A program made the position numbers and the translations under genes. The notes beneath the pieces were generated by a model. It saw nothing but the letters and a program-made list of their open reading frames with translations, did no database searches and had not been told where the DNA came from. Below, in pieces: positions 21,992 through 33,239 of a stretch of 49,462 nt of DNA. The DNA comes from Catajapyx aquilonaris (taxonomy: Eukaryota), in the NCBI GenBank assembly GCA_000934665.2, contig JYFJ02002899.1:1-49462 (forward strand), given 5' to 3'. Every line of letters begins with the position of its first letter. Positions within the stretch are counted from its first letter, which is position 1.

Positions 21992-22033
<42 letters not shown>
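21721..22033 (+). mobile_element. tRNA-derived SINE (family A) with (TAA)n tail
   Basis: ACCGAAGCAG head, CTGCTAA loop, GGTTCGATACC B-box, GGTTTTCTGTGGTT body shared with 1351. Confidence 0.9.
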
Positions 22034-22036
<3 letters not shown>

Positions 22037-22980
22037 GTGGGCGGCCATAAATCATGTAATAGATGCGGCTTTTCGTTGTAATGTACTGTTACAATAATTT
22101 GTTGAGCAGTGTATTTACTAGGCCTGCTGCTCAAATAAACAGCTGCTCAAATGAACAGGTTTTTTTGGGGACATACTGTTATATCCCCCAAAAAAACCTG
22201 CCGTTTATTTTCTTCGTTTTCTCATGTTTATACAGTAGGTCTATGCCGTAATTTCAGAAGTGGTTCAAATCTGATTTGCTGTGTTGAAGCACTTAAAGAT
22301 ATAACCTATTATATTTTGTCCTCAATGGTAAATCTGATACATCGATAGGGTATACGGTACAACATTGATGATGTATTTTTTGAGCAGAATAGTATATAAT
22401 ACACATTTCTTCCTAATTGGTTGTTTTATTATGTAGAAAGGGATGCTCCAGACCTAAAGCTAATGTACGCCTTCATTCACGCCCAAAAAAGGGTCAGCGT
22501 CATTTCAACTGTCCTTCCGAAGTTATGCAACCTTCTTCAAATGCCCCCCCCCCNCCCCCCCCCCCCCCTGGCCCCTTCTACAACTGACCCATTTCCAGAA
22601 AACATACACTCTGTACGGCAGCAAAAATGGTTCAATTTACACAGAAATTGCACAAAAAAAAGTTGAACAAAGGCTCGCGACCCTGCCCGCGACCCCCAGG
22701 TTGGAAACCACTTGTCTAAGTGCAGTGGACTGGATAGTTATTATGGGTGTGATATTATAATCTGGATATTTTGGCTGAATCATGACGATATTAACAATAT
22801 TACCTCAACACAGAAAATACACACATTAAAAAAATCGCTTTCGATTTGAGGAAGCCAGGTAAATCGGAGAGATTTTTAAATGTCCGCCCTGCAAGCCCTG
22901 CCCAAGCAGCTGACACGACATAGTTCGAAAATAACCTACTAGATAACGCAATGTGCCGCGTCTTAGCAACTGCAGTTAGC

Positions 22981-23185
22981 GCTGCCATTATATGGGTGGC
23001 AGCCAACCACACTAGGTGGTGGCACCAGTACAATCCCGATTCGGAATCCTCCGGACTGCTCCCCAGTCCTCCAAATTTTCTGCACGCTTTCGGACTTCGC
23101 TCTTCATTCCTCCGGCCATGAGACCTACGTACCCAGTGAGGTAGCGACCTACGACCTGCTCACTGGCAGTTGGTTCCTGGTAAGT
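22981..23185 (+). promoter_or_regulatory. Candidate promoter / non-coding first exon (possibly of the SLC25A42-like gene)
   Basis: Locally CpG-rich stretch with no repeat features I could see, ending in CTG|GTAAGT at 23180; contains a short uORF (ATG AGA CCT ACG TAC CCA GTG AGG TAG). Confidence 0.35.
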
Positions 23186-24671
23186 GTTCTTAGTGCATTA
23201 CATCTCCGCGCGCTATGCAAACAAACCTATTTGCATCAAGGGGTGACAATAATAAGAATGATAGTAATAATAATAGTAATAATAATAATAGTAGTAGTAG
23301 TATAATAATAATAATAATGGCAAGAAATGTGCATCGTCATGCACTGCTCGTGGGTAATGGGAGTGGATTGTCTCCCCCCTCCTCCTTCACATGTGATAAG
23401 AGTTGGCCAGCATTGAAGGTGTTCAATTTCAAGGGCATGCTCATGATATAGAATCTTGCAGTGATTATGAAACGATCCCAAAATATTGCAATCATTGTGT
23501 GGAGTCAGCATTGCAGGACGTAAAAGGGATTGCTGATCAACATATGCGTTTGTTCTACAGGAACAATTGTTCCTTGCCTTACTTTAGGATATAAACTTGT
23601 TTGTGTTCCATTTTGAGAGAAAAAGTTTTTTATTAAGTCAGTGATAATGCCAGGTGGCCTTGCGGTACATTTTGCCGTTGATGAACCCCTGGATTGTCAT
23701 TTTGAACCTGTGATGCACATTAGATTAAAATAAACATTTGCATTTCTTTAACTTCTCTAATGCTCAGTAGAACAGCTCGACAGTTCTTAAAAAACCAATT
23801 TCTAAAAGTTGTCATATGACACGATCCAATGCATAATAAGTGCAGGTGGCTCTCAGCTGTGGTGGTGCCTCCTCTAGATAAGTCTGCATGCCTACTTACT
23901 GAGCTCAGGGTAGTTACTCTCCTTCCTGATTACAACATCATGACCTTGTGAATTTTAATTTCTTGCTTTAAGAATGGATTGATTTCCAGGGACTGGGTCG
24001 GAAAGTGCTTGCGATAAAGTGTACTGCCCTTGAGACGTGCTTAGGTTTCTGACCCAGGGATAATGTGGCATGGATTTAGTCACCTTCCTTTTTGTGTGAC
24101 ATCGCAGAATGGTTGATGAAGTATATATGTGCACTATGCAGCTGGTCTAACTGGCCAGAAAAACTTCAAGAGTAAGTAATGTATGCTTAGTGTACTGAAG
24201 CAAGCATGTGAATGTCTTATGAGGAGCTGTGGACCTACCAAAAAGATCAGTGTGTATTTATTTTGGATTCTCTATTACATAGCTTGCACTTTTTATTTTT
24301 GCATTTTCAAAAACTTGAATTACATATCCAATAATGGAAATGCTTAGTATGCTAATAAGCTAGAAATTTAACTTCTATGATATCTTTTTGACACCGTGTA
24401 CTTTTAGAAAATGGAAAATACTCTGATAATAATGTTCGTAATATTATTCAAGGGAAGATTAGTTTCAATAGAAAGAAGGATTGGTTGGCAGATGGTAGAT
24501 ATGATGCGAGTTGCAGATCTGGTTCAAATGGAGTGCAATTTTGAATTTTAAGTATCTGCTGAAAGCTTTTAAGGGAGTATTATCGTGTAATTCACAGCAG
24601 GTCCAAAGGTTAGAGAAATATAAATATTGAAAAAAAATCATTACGTACACTGGAGAATTATTTAAACCCCT

Positions 24672-25008
24672 AGGGGAGGCAGAGTGGCGCTTCGGTAACA
24701 TATGCACCCATGGATGGAAGGGTTCCGGGTTCGATCCCACCCCAGGGTCTCACCCCTTCATCTTGTGCAGAGTTGGGTCATCTCTGGCTTTGTCCCGGGT
24801 GGACTTCGATAGACTACTCCACTCGGGGGAGTTCACAAAATGTACCACTATTGAGACATTGCACTGCGCATTGCACAGCCCCTCCCAGTCACCCTGCCTG
24901 TGGGCCCAGGGGCTTCGTTCTAGGTTCCAGTATGTATCGTCCTATAGCGGTATAAATACATACCTCTTAAGTAGGTCAAGCACTACCCCGATTATTTAAA
25001 AAAAAAAA
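24672..25008 (+). mobile_element. tRNA-derived SINE (family C) with poly(A) tail and TSD
   Basis: A-box TGGCGCTTCGG, B-box GGTTCGATCCC, A-tail, flanking ATTTAAACCC(C)T duplication (24660 and 25009). Confidence 0.85.
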
Positions 25009-25187
25009 ATTTAAACCCTGCTTAATTTTATTTTGCTGAAGTAGGTTGCTAATCTTTTGGTAATATGTGCACATGTATGATATGTAAAGATGGCAATTGG
25101 AATGTCTTTTTATGAGGTCTATCCAACAACAGAACCGTTAACCACCCAAAAGGGATGAGGTCTAAAATTGTCGACAAATGTATATTA

Positions 25188-26049
25188 CTAGCTGCGACAC
25201 CCGGCGTTGCCCGGGAATAAATGAATGAAGGGATAACACCTACCTGTAGCCCCGTAAAACTTTTCATGCACAGAGAGCCGCCATGACATTTTTAGGAAGG
25301 CCGGGTCCATGGTCATAGACTACTAAGGTCTGGACACTCCCACCTACCCCCTGCCGGGGCGTTTTGCAGGAGGTGCTCACCTGAGAGCGCCATGAGACCT
25401 TTCACGGAGCTATTATGTGGCGACCCTTCCGGGCTACGCTGAACTTTATAGGTACATTGGGGGACCCAACATGGTCGGTCGGCCATGTTGGGCCCACATG
25501 TAGGGCTTCCCTTTTGTACCTATAAAGTTCAGCGTAGTCCGGTAGGGTCGCCACATAAATGCTCCGTGAAAGGTCTCATGGCGCTCTCAGGTGAGCACCT
25601 GCAAAACGCCCTGGCAGGCGATAAGATAAGAACGTAGAGGTAGTGTCGGGGGGGCTGGCCGGGTCGGAAGGACGGGAGAGGTTGGAGGTGCAGGAAGCGG
25701 ACCACAGACAGCAGGCGAATGAGATGGTTGGCGTGCTGGACGGACAGACAGACAGACAGACAGAGAGAAAGACAGAAAGACAGACAGACTCACAAAAGTC
25801 TTTATTGATATAGATTAGGAAGGCCGGGAGAGGTTGGAGGTGTTGCAGATGGACCACAGATGTCAGGCAAATGATGGTTTGGGTTATACAGGCGGGAGAG
25901 GTTGAAGGTGTAGCAGGCAAATGACGGTTGGTGTTATACAGGCGGGAGAAGGACTGCATCCAGGTGGCATTGGTGGGCGGACAGACAGAGAGAGAAAGAC
26001 AGAAAGACAGACAGACAGACAGACTCAGAAACGTCTTTATTGATATAGA
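25188..26049 (-). mobile_element. Non-autonomous Helitron (Lep1-like) with duplicated 5' end
   Basis: Minus strand: A|TCTATATCAATAAAGAC start, (CTGT)n microsatellite, hairpin CCCGGGCAACGCCGGG ~10 nt before the terminal CTAG|T; a second 5' end at 25814. Confidence 0.88.
25308..25657. mobile_element. Hairpin element with asymmetric CA...TG ends and 8-bp TSD (copy 2), nested in the Helitron
   Basis: TSD GCCGGGTC at 25300-25307 and 25658-25665; long inverted arms; same CATGG(C/T)C(A/T)TAGA..CTAAGG left end as 9276. Confidence 0.88.
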
Positions 26050-26393
26050 TTATGGAAGACATGTTCAGAGTAAAGAACATGTAAACTTTCCGTTGAGGTA
26101 GAATATTTTGCTGGAGAGGAAATAAATCTACAACACAGAGTCATGACCCTCTCACCAGATAGTCTCATGGTTTTGGTGAGTTTGAAAAATGCTGGACATG
26201 ACTTGCGAAAACAAAATGTGCAGCAAAAACATGCTGCATGTTTTGTAATCAAATCATTTGATTCTCCATTGCCTTCAGCCCAGATCTAAAAATGTAGTAG
26301 GGACTCACTTATGGAGTTCTACGGCATGATCAAAGTTCGTGCAACGTAACAAATGTCGGATTATGTGCTTTTGCTGTACCCATATCAGTCCGC

Positions 26394-26478
26394 GCACTGC
26401 ACTTTGCACATCCCCTCCTGTCATCCTGCCGTGGGCCCGGGCGCTTCAATGAATAGGCACCAACTGTACAATAATAAT

Positions 26479-26547
<69 letters not shown>
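26394..26547 (+). mobile_element. 5'-truncated SINE-like fragment with (AAT)n tail
   Basis: GCACTGCACTTTGCACATCCCCTCCTGTCATCCTGCCGTGGGCCCGGGCGCTTC matches 24861-24916 of SINE family C, then has a different 3' end and (AAT)n. Confidence 0.65.
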
Positions 26548-26548
<1 letters not shown>

Positions 26549-27136
26549 TGCTTTTGCTGATCTGTCATGGATTCCCTGAAAATGCAAAAAAAGATCTACT
26601 TACAGTCCGTTAAATGGAAGGACTATCTGTCATCACTTTAATCCCCACCTGAACCCGGCTCTTCCTCCTATCATGTTCCCGAATCACACTGCCTGTGCAT
26701 GCTCAGAAAAGATGGTTGCTGTGACATCAGATCGTCCTTTCGTTTGACGAACTGTATTTGAATTGGAAGATTTAAATGTAAAGCAATATATAAACTGACT
26801 GAAAATTTTTGTTGGTCTCATGATGTGCATATCTGCACTTGTTTTAATACTCGCATTGCAAACCTATCAAATCTCCTTCTAAAAATTTGCATTTTAAGTC
26901 CTAAATAAAGCAACAATTTTTATTGTTATTGTTTTTAGGGAAGATAACTGCTTGCTGGCAGCTGGAAATCTTTGTAGTTTATTGGTATCATTACTAAGTA
27001 ATCAGCCACACTTACCTCTGTTGTGCACTCATTATCTGAGTCAGTTTTTTTATTTTATATATCTCTTATCATATCATATCTCTACGAGAAGTCAACCTCG
27101 CCCTGGATTCAAAAGGTAGATGCCCCTAAGGCAGAT

Positions 27137-27426
27137 TGTTGCTGTTGTTTGTTTGTTGTTTGTTTGTTTGTTTTGTTTTTTTATACCCCATTGGGAGAAT
27201 TGGCACTCCATTAGGGGGGTGGAATACCACCATTGGATGGGGCCAAAGATAGGGAAGGAAGGAAGCTGCTGTGGCCTATTATACGGAAGCGACCCTGGAA
27301 TTATCCTGGGGGGACCGTGAAAGACCACAGAAAACCATGGTCAGGATAGCTGGCCCCGGGATTCGAACCCAGGGCCTCCCTATTAGCAGTCTGGCTCCTT
27401 AACACCTACACCAACCTGCTTCGGTG
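27137..27426 (-). mobile_element. tRNA-derived SINE (family A)
   Basis: Minus strand ACCGAAGCAGGTTGGTGTAGG...CTGCTAA...GGTTCGAATCC; A/(CAAA)n tail. Confidence 0.9.
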
Positions 27427-27733
27427 TTGTTGTTGTTCAACAGTATAGTTTAGTAAATCCCTTGACATTGCCCTAATTCAGTAAAATTAGATTCAACTTA
27501 AGTTGCCATGTAAACTTTTACATGATTTGTAGGATTAGTGGCCAACATGGTCTCGAATTTAGTGTCACTTAAGATCAGTGGTTCTAAAATTATGGTATGG
27601 CCCATTAGTGTGTTCTTCTGATGGGCCAATGGATGAAATTATGAGAAAAGTACAAGCTCATAAGGCAGCATAATAGTACATGTTTTAACCCTCAGAGACC
27701 TGCAAACTGATATATCGTTTTGTGACTGTTCTC

Positions 27734-28469
27734 TCTAACCAAAAACCGACTCGTAAAAAACCGCCAAGTCCTTAGCCACTCCGCCTTAAAATGTTGTGAG
27801 ATCATGGGTGGACACCAAGCCTCTTTATGAGACTATCGATTAAGTCAAGTTACTTGGCTCACTATTGGAGACTACAGACTTACAACTCATAGACTTGGTG
27901 GATGGTTCGAGACTATAGACTAAGGTGAGCGACTTGGCTCATGGGGAATTATACAAGGTGTTTCACAACTCGTGTGAGTCATGTCCAAAACAGTGAGGTT
28001 GAACTCCTAAGCACCAGAGGATCACTTTACATAGAGGTGAAGTGATTCACTGGTGCTCAGGAGTTCACCCTAGAAGTTTTGGACGCGAGGTGAGAAACAC
28101 CCTGTTTGGTTCGAAGGGGGAATTTTTAATCCATGAGTACGGTAATTAAGGAATTGCAGTCTGGACCATACAGCTGTAAATGGAAGGCGTGTAACACTCA
28201 TTGGTTGATCAGAAACTACTAAATTTTACCCTTAAGCCACCTATTTCTCTTCATGCCTGGTGAGCCAAGTGGCTCAATCTTAGTCTACAGTCTCGAACCA
28301 TGCGCCAAGTCTACGAGTTGTAAGTCTATAGTCTCCAATCGTGAGCCAAGTAACTTGACTTAATCGATAGTCTCATAAAGAGGCTTGGTGTCCACCCATG
28401 ATCTCACAACTTTTTAAGGCCGAGTGGCTAAGGACTTGGCGGTTTTTTACGAGTCCGTTTTTGGTTAGA
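27734..28469. mobile_element. Long-TIR MITE/foldback
   Basis: ~205-bp inverted arms (TCTAACCAAAAACCGACTCGTAAAAAACCGCC...); possible 4-bp TSD TCTC. Confidence 0.9.
27954..28104. mobile_element. Small Tc1-like palindromic MITE nested in the foldback
   Basis: TA|CAAGGTGTTTCAC ... GAGAAACACCCTG with a palindromic interior. Confidence 0.7.
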
Positions 28470-28730
28470 TCTCAAGACTTTTTGTGCAGTTAGAGTAAAT
28501 AAGGAATGATATTTTCTCTGGTACACAGGAAAATACAATATAAGTATGGAATTGATAGGTTTTTATTTTCAAAATGTCAGAGGGCACACATAACATGTTT
28601 GTTAGAGGGCCGGCCAGGCCATGCTCTTCCAAACCTGATTCCAACACCCTAAACCAACAACTCTCCGCTTACACCGCTTACAGATGTCTGTGACATTAGG
28701 AGGGCTACTTTGTGATTTGTCTAATATATG

Positions 28731-29298
28731 TCCGAGTCTGTTGTATTCCAGTATAGATTCTATTGGGTTAGCTTTTACCTGGGTATGGTCAAAGATGATT
28801 ACATGGATTCCGTCAATTGTTTTGACACGAGACAAGGCTACGTAGGTTTGGCAATCGCCAGGCAGACTGATAGTGCTTGCAAAACTAATATAGGGATGTG
28901 CAATTAGTTTCGGGCTCCGTTGTGTAGTTAATGTGTACGGTGCCGTAAAAGTTTTGTGACCTCACATCCGTTCCACCAGCTTCTAAGAAGCAAAAGTCAG
29001 TTCGAGGGCCTCCTGTCCCTTGCCTGGTCCCCTAACACATCGTCCATGTGCAAAAAGCGATCAAATCCCGTCAGAGTAAGTATCCGGGTACGACACCCAT
29101 GCACTTTGTCGTTTTTGCCTCATATTCCACCCCCGGCCCTCTACACTTTAAGGGTGCCATACGCATTAACTACGCAATGGAGCCAAACACTAATTGCACA
29201 TCCCTATATTAGTTTTGCTGGTACTATCAGTCTACCTGGCGATTGGGCGCGAGTTTTTCTTCACACTGTATATCGATGACAAGTTCTCGGAGACTAAT
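28731..29298 (-). pseudogene. Pif1-family (Helitron/Helentron RepHel) helicase C-terminal relic, interrupted by a MITE
   Basis: ISLRELVIDIQCEEKLA | QTYVALSRVKTIDGIHVIIFDHTQVKA...LEYNRL; YVALSRV is Pif1 motif VI. Confidence 0.75.
28852..29245. mobile_element. Palindromic MITE with ~55-bp TIRs
   Basis: CAATCGCCAGGCAGACTGATAGT...TATAGGGATGTGCAATTAGT mirrored at 29188-29245. Confidence 0.88.
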
Positions 29299-29799
29299 GT
29301 CACAATGGGGGATAGGGTATTCCTCTAGACTTTTGTTTGCTCAGTTGAAAAAGGAAAATTAAGTACTAAATATTCATGTACATATAGCAAGTTGAAATGG
29401 GAAGATTAAAGGTCACTAAAGTTGACCTACACAAAATGCCCTTCTGTATTATAAAATCTTTTGCACAGCAAATTTAATAGTAAATAAACAGGGTGTTGCT
29501 GTAGGTTCCCTCTTCTTCGGGAATTACCCACTTGCAAGTTTGAATAATATAGACTACATAATTCAGCAGTCAAGATTGTTGGTTCTTGTGTGATTGGGCA
29601 CAAAGGGGGATGCAAATTTTCTGATTTGTGATTGATTATTGGGATACTTTTGCCCATGCTTCCCCTGTAATCTTGGACAGAGCCTGTAGCAAAGATTCTG
29701 GTATTTACGTTGTTGAATTTCTTATTTCATATGTATGCATAAGTGACTAACATATTTAAATACATGTGTTTCCCATTACAGCTACTCTAGACAACTAGG

Positions 29800-29895
29800 A
29801 TGAGCCAATATGTCCACAGGGGCCACGCAAATAACTTCGTGACAGAGGGAAATCCAAAGCCACATATTTCCAGCATGGACAAGAATCCCGATCAG
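29800..29895 (+). CDS. SLC25A42: Probable start-codon exon of the SLC25A42-like gene
   Basis: Acceptor tttcccattacAG (ends 29781), ATG at 29800, 32 open codons (MSQYVHRGHANNFVTEGNPKPHISSMDKNPDQ), donor CAG|GT in phase 0 matching the exon at 32282. The peptide itself is not recognisably conserved. Confidence 0.5.
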
Positions 29896-31137
29896 GTCTG
29901 GTATAATTTGTTGTTATGGGGGAGTTCAGGTGATCCTTAGCTTACATGTGCATTTCTCTGATTGCATATTGTTTGAGACCCACAAATACAATAAGTTAAT
30001 TGAATGTGACTATGACCAACAGATACGTACAGTCACATGCACAGTGATGGAGAAGGACTTGGGCAGGAACTACAAATTTCATGTAAAGCCAACTGTCTCT
30101 ACAATGTAACATGAAAATACCATAGTGGACTTTGTAATCTTGATGTGTACTTTACTACACTAATTTTTGCATTGAGGCAGAGAGACACACGCACATGCGC
30201 GGTTTTAGCTGAACTTATTGAATCTCCTTACCAAGTCCATCTCCATTGTTATGTTGATGACTGCACCTCTAAAGTAACAGAACTATGGATCAGCATTGTG
30301 TTTTTGTTGGAGGAAAAAGTCAAAGCTTCTGACATACATACCAGGCTAAGTCTAGCTTTTGGAGAGAACATTGCTCATACAATGCATTTTGTCCACATTA
30401 CCACTGTGTCATGAGATGACTTTATAATTATACAGTCGACTCTGGATATAAGAGACTTCAAGGGACCATGCAAATCAGTATCCTATAACTGAGGTTTTCT
30501 ACATCCAGATATACAGGCCATAGCCTATAATATGGAAGTATGGCGGGACCAGCCTTTCGAGTTGGCTATGGCGGAGGCTCTTTTATGATTGATTTCACAT
30601 GCTGGCATCCCCTCTCAGAAAAAATTTTAACGACACATAAGCACAGATGTTCACTACCGTTCATTAATTACAATACACCACCTGAATAGTTGATTATTCG
30701 GAAAGTAATGAACAAAAGAAGATTTATGATAAATACAGATTTAATTAGACAGATAATCATGGTTTGAACTTATGTTACACATTGTTTACATATGAATTTA
30801 GCCTTCATCTACTTACATTTTCCTTACATCAAATTATCAACACTTAGCAGCGTTTACAGCAGTGCAGTGCAAACGCAGGGCATTCTGACAATTAATTTGT
30901 TGAAAGTTTCACTCCGATTACAAGTCACTTCTCTTGTATCAACCCCTGAAGGTGATTTTGGCTTGTTATTTACACATCTCGAACACTCCTGTCCAGATGA
31001 TCCCAAAGGATTTCTATTAGATTAGATGTTGGACCCATTCACCTCAAACTTAGATTCGGCTGTAAAAAAAACATTTTTCCACTGAATGGTGGTCCAGGTC
31101 CTGTGCTGTGTAGCCTACAATAGCATCTTTTTATTAA

Positions 31138-32125
31138 CCCCTTGAGCCCTAGCCGCCTAGAATCTTGGCGATGATAACTCTACGGCCAGGTACCAGCTAT
31201 ACCTCCATCGCCTAGATTCTTTTTGCTTCCATTCCACTTGCAAATAAGGACAAGATATTTTACAAATAATAACAGCTATGCTTTTGCATTCATGCTCTAC
31301 AGTCGACAAAATGCATGTTTTGGAAACAATTTTACTCGCATGGAAGTCCGTAAATGAATTTCCAAAAAGATCGCCGCACAGTATACCCGCTATATTTCTG
31401 CCTAGATTTTCCCTCCTGCTCAACTTACAAGTACTCTGAAGGTAAAGGCAACATATTTTGCGAATAGTAACAGCTATACTTACCCGTTCGTGCAAAACAC
31501 AACGTATATGTATTGGAAACTATTACCTTTGCTATAAGTCCATAAATTAATTTCCAAAACGATCGCTGTAAAATATGAAAATCCGAGTACTACTGGCCAA
31601 CTGTTATGCTGATTTAATCATGAAATATGTTAAAATATATGGAATAACAATCTTGAGAACCATGCCAGAAGAATTTGGTGAAATCGTTGTACTTTCCAAG
31701 AAATAAATTATTACATTTCTGCGACTTGCCTGTCACTTCATATTACTCCCAAATTTACTTATTTCTCGAAAAGTACGACGAGTTCAGCAAATTCATTTGG
31801 CACCCTTCTCAAAATGGTTATTCCGTATATTTTAACGTATTTCATAATTAAATCAACCTAACAGTTGGCCGGCAGTACTTGAATTTCTGTTTTTTACAGT
31901 GATCTTTTTGGAAATGAATTTAGTGACTTCTATGGGAGGGAAATTGTGTCCAACACATTCATAACATTTTCCCTGAATGGGTAATTATAGCTGTTATTAT
32001 TTGTAAAATATCTTGTTTGTATCTTCAGTGCACAAGTAAGCGGAAAACTAGGCAATGGCAGGTATAGCTGGTACTGCGTGGTCGAGTTCTCATCGCTAGA
32101 TTCTAGGTGGCTGGGGCTCAAAGGG
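31138..32125. mobile_element. piggyBac-like MITE
   Basis: TTAA|CCCCTTGAGCCCTAGCCGCCTAGAATC ... GATTCTAGGTGGCTGGGGCTCAAAGGG; further internal inverted repeats; right TTAA decayed. Confidence 0.8.
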
Positions 32126-32281
32126 AATGGGTCGAAGCAAGGTGGACCTTTAAGTAGAGTATGTTGTAATATAGATTCAGAGTTTGTGTATGAGTGTCAG
32201 CAAGAACAGTGCTTTTCTTTCCTCCATGGTTTGTTAGTAAGTGTAATAGTAGCTGGTACTTACATAATTTCTTTTTTGCAG

Positions 32282-32398
32282 AAACAAATTATTGGCAACA
32301 CAAACCGTGTCCTGGCTAGCCTGGCAGCTGGAGCTTTGGCTGGTGCTGTGGCCAAAACTGCAATTGCTCCACTGGATAGAACCAAGATTAACTTTCAG
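32282..32398 (+). CDS. SLC25A42: Mitochondrial CoA transporter SLC25A42-like, exon (carrier repeat 1 helix)
   Basis: AG/GT bounded, 39 codons [39 protein letters not shown] containing the carrier signature Px[DE]xx[KR]. Confidence 0.95.
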
Positions 32399-32884
32399 GT
32401 TAACGTTTGTTCAGTTGTTCCATTTATATCCTGTTGCTTACACTTAATCACTCATACTCCCCTTCAAAACAGTAGAGGACAGCCTCTCCCCTAGGTTTTA
32501 TTTACTATCACTAGAATACACAACACAACTGTACATCTATTTCGGCATTCTCACTTGCAGTGCTATACAAGTCAAATGCAGGGTTCGATGAAGATATTAT
32601 CCAAGCATGATTCGATGGGTAGAAACTCTAATTCTGAATTGAAATGGCCACAGGCATTTTATTGAAGAAACTAAGCCCAAGTCACTATCCCTGCAAAATT
32701 TGGTACACAGTTCTTCATGGGAATTTTGATAAGCAGGGATTTGTACAAACACCATGTTCAATAAGGATAGTGAAATCTGTCATCGTCCCAGTTTTTCACG
32801 TAATTATATATGGTTATCATGCCTTAGTAGTACCTATAAGGGTCAATAGTGAAATTCTTGTCTGCGCTAATTTCTGAACTTAAT

Positions 32885-33239
32885 GGGGAGGTGTAGATGG
32901 CCGAGATGGTAACATCTCTGCCTGCTGAGTGAAAGGCCCCAGGTTCGATCCCCGCCTGGGGAACTTTCCTTTCACCTGCGCCAGGAGGGTCTCTGACCTG
33001 CACCTTGGAGGTGTCTGGCAACCTAACCTCCTGGGGAACAGCACATGACCCCTTTACAGACCTTGCACTTGCACCACATGTTCCCTCCTCAAAAATCCCT
33101 ATCCTTACCCATGTCCCTGTCTCCTTGCACCGGTGAGCGAAGAAAAATAGTTCACAGTTACTAGAAAACTGATGGTGGTGTGCCACCCCCTTAAAAAGGC
33201 TCCGCCTTATCACGGGGTTAAAAAAAGAAGAAAAAAAAA
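32885..33239 (+). mobile_element. tRNA-derived SINE (family B) sharing the 3' tail of family A
   Basis: A-box TGGCCGAGATGG, B-box GGTTCGATCCC, tail GAAAACTGATGGTGGTGTGCCACCCCC...ATCACGGGGTTAAA nearly identical to 1576-1633. Confidence 0.88.
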
